Part shown: positions 58,299-64,000 of the stretch, one piece after another
How the letters are laid out: every line of letters begins with the position of its first letter
Numbering within the stretch: the stretch's first letter is position 1
DNA from: an uncultured Eubacteriales bacterium
Lineage (GTDB): Bacteria; Acidobacteriota; Aminicenantia; Aminicenantales; Saccharicenantaceae
Assembly (NCBI GenBank): GCA_964423315.1
Contig: CAYREO010000001.1
Span: forward strand, 20,629 to 84,628
DNA length: 64,000 nt
Direction of reading: 5' to 3'
The notes under the pieces: model-generated
What the model was told of the DNA's origin: nothing
The model's input: the letters and a program-made list of their open reading frames with translations, nothing else
Databases searched by the model: none
Translations under genes and position numbers: made by a program

Positions 58299-58803
58299 CC
58301 CTCCGTTCGGGCAATCAAGCCGTCAAACGGGAAAATATCCCGAACCGGGGCCGAAGTCAACAAAATGGGGACAAATAACGACTTTTTCGTCTGCCAGAAT
58401 TTGTTAATCGGCAATGAGAAGACGGAGTGCAGCTAGCCTTTAGCCTATCGCGCAGGGCGATCTATGATGCGGCCAGAACGCTCATATATCATTGATAATA
58501 AAATTTATAAAGACTCACCCGTTGGGATTGTCTATGCCATGTTCCCCTAGCTGGCACGGAATCTGCAATAAAGAGGGCAAGGAAGCGGGATCATCGGCAT
58601 CCTGCATGAGAGGTCCGCGGCGCGCCAAGGCGCGGACTTCTCCCCTCCCTCCTTCTGTCCCGGCCCTTCCGGGGGCCGCCCATCACCCCCGGGAGGGCCG
58701 ATCTATTTTCCGGACGATGAATTTGCTCGCGCATACCCCACATACGCTCCGAGGTCAAGGGTTATGGGGTAATTCAAGAAGGGGGGAAACGGGGTGATTT
58801 CGG

Positions 58804-58879
<76 letters not shown>

Positions 58880-59008
58880 ACCCGGGAGTCGCCTTATCTT
58901 ACAGGAAGCCGTGTTTCCCGTCAAGAAGCCCGGGCGGGCTGACGCCTCGATTGACCGGGCGGCGGGCGCTATGGTAATTAGGAGGCACAGCATGGGAAGG
59001 AGGCCCGC

Positions 59009-61693
59009 ATGACCGCACGCATCCGTTTCTCATCGAAAAAGGCTTTGGCCCTGGGATTGGCCGCTGTCGGTTTGTTCATCCATTCTGCCGGATCGGCGGC
59101 TCCCCCTCTTGCCGGGGACGGAGGGCCGGGCGCCCCGACGGCCCTGCGCTGCGAATACCTCGAGAACCCCATGGGCGTCGACGTGACCAAGCCCCGCTTT
59201 TTCTGGGTCTTCGATCATCAGGAGCGCGGCCAAATCCAGTCGGCCTATCGAATCGTCGTCTCCTCGGGAACGGACGCCGAAGCCGGGGACATCTGGGACA
59301 GCGGAAAAGTGGCCTCGGCCAAGTCCACCCAGGTCGTCTTCGACGGCAAGCCCCTGGAGAGCGGCCGCACCTACTCCTGGAAAGTCCGCGTCTGGGACCG
59401 CGACGGCCGCGAGGGCCCATGGAGCGCCGTCGCCCGTTTCGACACCGGGCTCTTCAACAAGACCGACTGGAAGGCCGCCTGGATCGGCGGCGCGAACCAG
59501 CTCCGCAAGGAATTCCCGCTCGAGGGGCGGATCAAGCGGGCCCGGGCCTATATCGCCGGGCTGGGCTACTACGAGCTGCGGCTCAACGGCCGCAAGGTCG
59601 GCGGCAACGTCCTCGATCCGGCCTGGACGACCTACGACAAGCGCGTCCTCTACGTGACCTACGACGTCACGCCCTACTTGCGCCAGGGCGCGAACGCCGT
59701 CGGGGTCATGCTCGGCGAGGGTTGGCACAAGGCGAGGGCCCTCCTTCTGCAGATCCACGTCGAGCTCGAGGACGGGACGAGCGCAACCATCATCAGCGAT
59801 ACATCCTGGAAGGCCGCCGCCGGGCCCATCCTCGAGGACAGCATCTATCACGGCGAGACCTACGACGCCCGCCGCGAAACGCCGGGCTGGGACCGTCCGG
59901 GATTCAACGACGGTGCCTGGGGGCCGGCCGAAGCCGTCAAGCCGCCCGCCGGGGTCCTTTCGGCCCAGATGATGCCGCCCATCCGGGTCGTCGATACCAT
60001 CGTACCGCTCAAGATGACCAATCCCAAGCCGGGCGTCTATGTCTTCGATCTCGGCCAGAACATCAGCGGCTGGGCCCGTCTGCGCGTCGCCGGGACGGCC
60101 GGCACGGACGTCCGCCTGCGCTTCGCCGAGCTCCTCTACGACGACGGCACCCTCAACCGCGAGAACCTGCGCGCGGCGCGCGCCGAGGACCGCTACATCC
60201 TGAAGGGCGAAGGCGAAGAAGTCTGGGAGCCCCGCTTCACCTATCACGGCTTCCGCTACATCGAGGTCAGCGGCTACCCCGGCGTCCCCAAGCTCGATTC
60301 GGTGCAGGGACGGGTCGTCCACTCGGCGGTCAAGCCCATCGGCAGCTTCGCGGCCTCGAAGCCCATCCTCAACGACCTCCAGCGGATCATCACCTGGGGC
60401 CAGAAGACCAACCTCCACGGCATCCCGACCGATTGCGACCAGCGCGACGAGCGCATGGGTTGGCTGGGCGACGCCCAGGGCACGGCCGAAGAGGCCATCA
60501 TGAACTTCGACATGGCCGCTTTCTATACCAATTTCATCCGTGACATCCGCGACGTCCAGGACGAGCAGGGCCGGATCACCGATACCGTGCCCCACATCTG
60601 GGGCTCACGGCCGGCCGACCCGGCCTGGGGCACGGCCTATCCCCTGCTGTGCTGGTACATGTACCAGTATTACGGCGACACGCGCATCCTCGAGGAGCAC
60701 TACGACGGGCTGAAGAAATATGTCGAGTTCCTGAGGAGCACGGCCGACAACGGGCTTCTCAGGTGGAGCCATTACGGTGACTGGGTGGCCGTCGAGAAGT
60801 GCCCGGGGGCCGTCGTCTCGTCGTTCTATTACACCTACGACGTCCGCATCCTGGCGGACGCGGCTCGGCTGCTCGGCAAGACCGCCGACGCCGTCGCCTA
60901 CGACAAGCTGGCCGCCGGGATCCGGGCCGCTTTCAATCGCGAGTTCTTCGACCCGAAGACCGGCGACTACGCCGACGGGACGCAGACGGCCAACACCCTG
61001 CCGCTTTTCCTCGACATCGCCGGCGACAAGGAGCGCGGCCGGGCCTGGGGACGGTTGTTCGACAATATCGTCTACAAGAACGATTCGCGCCTGACGACGG
61101 GCATCATCGGCACGAAGTACATCATGGAGCTTCTGACCCGCAACGGCGCCTCCGACCTGGCCTACGACATCGCCGTCAAGACCGACTACCCGAGCTGGGG
61201 GTACATGATCGTGAACGGGGCGACGACGCTCTGGGAGCTGTGGCAGAAGCGCGAGGGGCCGTCGATGAACTCCCACAACCACCCGATGTTCGGCAGCGTG
61301 GGATCGTGGCTCTACAAGGCGCTGGCCGGGATCAACATGGCCCCGGGATCGACGGGATTCGAGAGGATCCTCATCCAGCCGCGGATCGTCCGCGACCTGA
61401 GGCACGCCGCGGGCTCGACCGTGACCGTCCGCGGCGAGACGGCCTGCTCATGGGCCCGGCTGGATGACGGAGTCCGGGTCGAGGTCGTCATCCCCGGCGG
61501 GTCCGTGGCCGAGGTCGTCATCCCCAAGCTCAACCTGAGGAGCATCGCGGTGACCGAGGGCGGAAAAACAATCTGGGAGGATGAAAAGTACGCCCCGGGC
61601 GTCCCCGGCATATCGGGCGCGGAGGACAAGGACGGCGCCATCCGCATCAAGGTCGGCGGCGGCCGCTACGTCTTCGTCCTCACCGGCCATTGA
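59009..61693 (+). CDS. Alpha-L-rhamnosidase, glycoside hydrolase family 78
   Basis: 894 aa with signal peptide. The GH78 (alpha/alpha)6 catalytic-domain motif is DCDQRDERMGWLGDAQ. The N-terminal beta-sandwich domains and size are typical of bacterial GH78 enzymes. Confidence 0.8.
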   Translation: MTARIRFSSKKALALGLAAVGLFIHSAGSAAPPLAGDGGPGAPTALRCEYLENPMGVDVTKPRFFWVFDHQERGQIQSAYRIVVSSGTDAEAGDIWDSGKVASAKSTQVVFDGKPLESGRTYSWKVRVWDRDGREGPWSAVARFDTGLFNKTDWKAAWIGGANQLRKEFPLEGRIKRARAYIAGLGYYELRLNGRKVGGNVLDPAWTTYDKRVLYVTYDVTPYLRQGANAVGVMLGEGWHKARALLLQIHVELEDGTSATIISDTSWKAAAGPILEDSIYHGETYDARRETPGWDRPGFNDGAWGPAEAVKPPAGVLSAQMMPPIRVVDTIVPLKMTNPKPGVYVFDLGQNISGWARLRVAGTAGTDVRLRFAELLYDDGTLNRENLRAARAEDRYILKGEGEEVWEPRFTYHGFRYIEVSGYPGVPKLDSVQGRVVHSAVKPIGSFAASKPILNDLQRIITWGQKTNLHGIPTDCDQRDERMGWLGDAQGTAEEAIMNFDMAAFYTNFIRDIRDVQDEQGRITDTVPHIWGSRPADPAWGTAYPLLCWYMYQYYGDTRILEEHYDGLKKYVEFLRSTADNGLLRWSHYGDWVAVEKCPGAVVSSFYYTYDVRILADAARLLGKTADAVAYDKLAAGIRAAFNREFFDPKTGDYADGTQTANTLPLFLDIAGDKERGRAWGRLFDNIVYKNDSRLTTGIIGTKYIMELLTRNGASDLAYDIAVKTDYPSWGYMIVNGATTLWELWQKREGPSMNSHNHPMFGSVGSWLYKALAGINMAPGSTGFERILIQPRIVRDLRHAAGSTVTVRGETACSWARLDDGVRVEVVIPGGSVAEVVIPKLNLRSIAVTEGGKTIWEDEKYAPGVPGISGAEDKDGAIRIKVGGGRYVFVLTGH

Positions 61694-61696
61694 CTC

Positions 61697-61735
61697 GGGG
61701 ACACAATACTCATTCCCCAATTTCCGGGCCTTTCA
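61697..61735 (+). terminator. Second copy of the 3' hairpin motif (tcggggacacaatactcattccccaatttccgg) directly after the GH78 stop
   Basis: It has 13/13 identity in tcggggacacaat and shares aatttccg with the 3608-3645 motif. It lies 4 nt after the stop codon. Confidence 0.3.
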
Positions 61736-61913
61736 CCCGCTCCCAAAACTCCCGGGGAGAGACGACCTCAAGAGAGCCGAAAACGGACATCCCGAACTCA
61801 AGCCCAGGATCGCCGACCCGGCCTTCCCTTCGACGAGAGAAAAGGTTAAAATGTGTTCCAGCGTCACCGAACCAAAAAGACGGATATTCGTATTTCAAGC
61901 ATAAGAAAGGAGT

Positions 61914-62798
61914 ATGATCATGAATAAGACCGACTTTGTCAGGGGACGGGCGTTCTTTGCGACAGGCCTCGTTGCCATCCTGATCCTGGCCGCTGGAGGC
62001 ATGTATGGGGGGGCAACGACCTCCGCGGCCGCCGCCCCCGTCACCCTCGAGTACAAGATGCCGTCCGGCCAGGTCCTGCGCTACGAGAGCCGCGAGGACT
62101 CGCGGCAGATCATGGACGTGATGGGCCAGGTCATCGAGACGAGCTCGGTTTCGACCTCCAAGTTCTCCTTCCAGGCCAAGGGCCGCCAGGACAAGAATTT
62201 CATCCTCGGCGTGACCATCGACGACATCACCGCGAGCATCAACTCTATGCAGGGCGACATGTCCCCCGACATGAAGCCGGTGATCGGCAAGGGCTTCGAC
62301 ATGGTCCTGTCCCCCCTCGGCGCCGCGATCGACGTCTCCGGCGCCAAAGCCTTGACCTACAGCTCGCCCGACGGTGTCCGTAACCTGTCCTCGGGATTCA
62401 AGGTCTTCTTCCCCGACCTTCCCGACAAGCGGGTCAACGTGGGCGACAGCTGGCCGTCCCGCAAGACGATCGAGGAGCAGAGCGATTCGGTGGACCTGCG
62501 CATCGACATCGACAGCGTCAACACGCTCGAGGCCTTCGAGAAGATCGACGGCATGGATTGCGCCCGCATCTCGTCCAAGCTCACCGGAGTCATCTCCGGC
62601 ACGGGGTCCCAGCAGGGCATGGACCTCCATTTCAGCGGCAAGCTCACGGGGACGGACACCTGGTATTTCGCGGTCAAGGAAGGGCTCTACGTCAAGTCCA
62701 AGGGCGAGTCCTCGAGCGACATCGCCATCGAAGCGTCCGGCATGACCATCCCGATGACGCAGTCGCAAACGACCGAGGTCAAGCTCGTCGGCCGTTGA
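61914..62798 (+). CDS. Hypothetical secreted beta-rich protein
   Basis: 294 aa with signal peptide (FATGLVAILILAAGGMYGGATTSAAAAP). Ser/Thr/Gly/Asp-rich, no recognised family. Confidence 0.4.
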   Translation: MIMNKTDFVRGRAFFATGLVAILILAAGGMYGGATTSAAAAPVTLEYKMPSGQVLRYESREDSRQIMDVMGQVIETSSVSTSKFSFQAKGRQDKNFILGVTIDDITASINSMQGDMSPDMKPVIGKGFDMVLSPLGAAIDVSGAKALTYSSPDGVRNLSSGFKVFFPDLPDKRVNVGDSWPSRKTIEEQSDSVDLRIDIDSVNTLEAFEKIDGMDCARISSKLTGVISGTGSQQGMDLHFSGKLTGTDTWYFAVKEGLYVKSKGESSSDIAIEASGMTIPMTQSQTTEVKLVGR

Positions 62799-62868
62799 TC
62801 TTGCCGCGTCAGGGCGGCCGGCCTTCGATCCGGCGGCCGGCCCGCGCCGGACCTCGTGCCGCCGGACA

Positions 62869-63069
62869 TCAGTTCCCGTTCGTCCCTCTTCGTCCGGCCG
62901 TCCAGAGATACGCGAAGACGAACCAGGCGACCGACGAGAGCAGGAAGGCCGTTCGATAGGTCCCGCGGCCGACCCGGCCCAGGAAAAAAAGCACGGCCGA
63001 CGCCAGGCACAGCGCCAAGTTGAGGAGGGCCAGCGCTCCCGCCAGCCTGCGGAACAGTTGGTCCTTCAC
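62869..63069 (-). CDS. Possible small membrane protein (about 66 aa) translationally coupled (GTGA overlap) to the upstream transporter gene
   Basis: GTG-initiated frame VKDQLFRRLAGALALLNLALCLASAVLFFLGRVGRGTYRTAFLLSSVAWFVFAYLWTAGRRGTNGN with two hydrophobic helices. It is the C-terminal part of the 335-aa track ORF, whose upstream portion is a shadow of the transporter gene. Confidence 0.25.
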   Translation of the reverse strand: MKDQLFRRLAGALALLNLALCLASAVLFFLGRVGRGTYRTAFLLSSVAWFVFAYLWTAGRRGTNGN

Positions 63070-64000
63070 GCCTTCCTCCTCGAACCCATGATGGCCGTAT
63101 AGAAGACCAGGGCGATCGCCCATCCCGGAAGCCACTTGAAATAAAGGTGCAAGGGCAGGGCGAAGCACGCGGCGAGCGTCCCGAGCCAGACGCCGAGCGC
63201 TGCAACGTTGAATGTCCATCCCCTCTTCTCGGCCCGATATTGTTCGATCCGGAGGAGCGGAAAGACCCAGTGCTCGGCAAAGACGATGGCCCCGACCGGC
63301 ATGAGGACCAGCCCGTAGATCGCCACGTAATCGAGCAGCTTGAGGAAGAAGACCGGGAAGCAAGCCAGAATGGTGGTCCCCGCCCCGGCGACAAGGGTGA
63401 TCTTCCAACGGGGCCAGCCGGGGGTCACGGTCTGCAGGGCGAGTCCGGCCCGGTAGAGCGTGGGATTGGCCGTCGTCCATCCGGCGAGGAGCACGGCCGC
63501 CGCGCCGGCCAGGCCCGCCGCTTCGTAGGCCATCAGCCCCGGGTGCATCTCGCGGCCGACCGCGGCCACCATGACCCCCGAAGCGAGCCAGGCCAGCATG
63601 TGCCCCGGGTACATGCCGAAGGCCGAGAACAGGCCGTAGGTCCATTTCCTGGCGTAGCGGAACAGGGCCATGTCCGACAACCCGACGTGCATGGCCAGGT
63701 TGCAGAACCAAGCGAAGAATAGGACGTGCCAGAACCCGAACTTCTCCTGGCCCGCGGCCGCGACACCGTTCCAAATCCGGGTCGTGGCCACCTCCCACAG
63801 GTTGCCGAGGTCCGGCCGGACCCCGAGCCGGGGGAGCATAGCGATAGCGCCGGCGATGAAGACGACGAAGATCCACGGCGAGGCGATCTGGGCGAACCGG
63901 CTGAGCCGGGCGAAGCCGAGGATGGCCATGGCCGTGAAGGCCGCGCCGAGGACGACGGTGATGAGGACCCAGCCGATGCTCGTCGGCAGGACGGCCCCGA
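63066..64000 (-). CDS. Partial CDS (N-terminus beyond window end): polytopic membrane transporter, possibly NCS1/purine-cytosine permease-like
   Basis: Continuous hydrophobic ORF with no stop to the window edge (...GAVLPTSIGWVLITVVLGAAFTAMAILGFARL...), ending WLPGWAIALVFYTAIMGSRRKA. It has multiple TM helices. Confidence 0.5.
   Translation of the reverse strand, partial: GAVLPTSIGWVLITVVLGAAFTAMAILGFARLSRFAQIASPWIFVVFIAGAIAMLPRLGVRPDLGNLWEVATTRIWNGVAAAGQEKFGFWHVLFFAWFCNLAMHVGLSDMALFRYARKWTYGLFSAFGMYPGHMLAWLASGVMVAAVGREMHPGLMAYEAAGLAGAAAVLLAGWTTANPTLYRAGLALQTVTPGWPRWKITLVAGAGTTILACFPVFFLKLLDYVAIYGLVLMPVGAIVFAEHWVFPLLRIEQYRAEKRGWTFNVAALGVWLGTLAACFALPLHLYFKWLPGWAIALVFYTAIMGSRRKA

Noticed and set aside
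58492-58797. 101-aa ORF in the AT-rich spacer next to tRNA-Ala
   Set aside because: No RBS, atypical composition and no motifs. Treated as non-coding.
62869-63876. 335-aa minus ORF overlapping the partial transporter gene
   Set aside because: Mostly an out-of-frame shadow of the transporter. Only the last about 66 codons downstream of the transporter stop could be a real small ORF (listed at low confidence).

Overview
This is a high-GC (about 65-70%) bacterial chromosomal segment. Gene content (TolB_N-TPR Ser/Thr kinase, BNR/sortilin-like propeller, TPAT-type TRAP system, many secreted glycan-active enzymes) is consistent with a soil/sediment organism such as an Acidobacteria-like lineage, but taxonomy cannot be fixed from sequence alone. 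About 48 protein-coding genes are supportable.

Main gene content, in order:
- The 3' end of an excisionase-type HTH gene, then a 1132-aa secreted glycoside-hydrolase-like protein.
- A VapBC toxin-antitoxin pair.
- A DUF2461 plus BNR-sialidase-like operon.
- A penicillin/AHL-acylase (S45) with a translationally coupled small membrane protein.
- A 1087-aa BNR/Asp-box double-propeller secreted protein.
- A TatT/DctP/DctQM (TPAT) TRAP transporter operon.
- An APC amino-acid permease.
- An RND efflux locus (adaptor plus two tandem permeases).
- potABCD.
- A cyclophilin-VOC fusion lipoprotein.
- A POT peptide transporter and a PepP (M24) peptidase.
- A signalling cluster of two paralogous TM/TolB_N-like/TPR proteins flanking a zinc-ribbon Ser/Thr kinase with the same sensor architecture.
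- An esterase, a sensor kinase with OmpR-type regulator, and a TPR-PD40 (TolB-like) propeller protein.
- A LarA-family protein, a class II fructose-bisphosphate aldolase, CIA30, dodecin, tRNA-Ala(GGC) and a GH78 alpha-L-rhamnosidase.
- A transporter truncated at the window end.

Notable non-genic structure:
- A family of about 105-150 bp AT-rich MITE-like elements with 28-29 bp perfect or near-perfect terminal inverted repeats (three full copies plus one probable arm fragment). Two copies bracket the cyclophilin-VOC gene.
- An AT-rich (about 50% GC) island at 42.3-45.2 kb carrying a diverged paralog of the TM-TPR gene, a degraded IS200/IS605 tnpA and a 5'-truncated mazF/pemK. An IS3 orfA remnant lies between the first TM-TPR gene and the kinase.
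- A frameshifted RRM-type RNA-binding pseudogene.
- A low-GC pocket with a minimal nucleotidyltransferase plus a small partner gene (TA-like).
- A terminator-like motif shared downstream of two glycoside hydrolase genes.

No CRISPR array or rRNA was found. Many long alternate-frame ORFs in the track are GC-driven shadow ORFs and were rejected.
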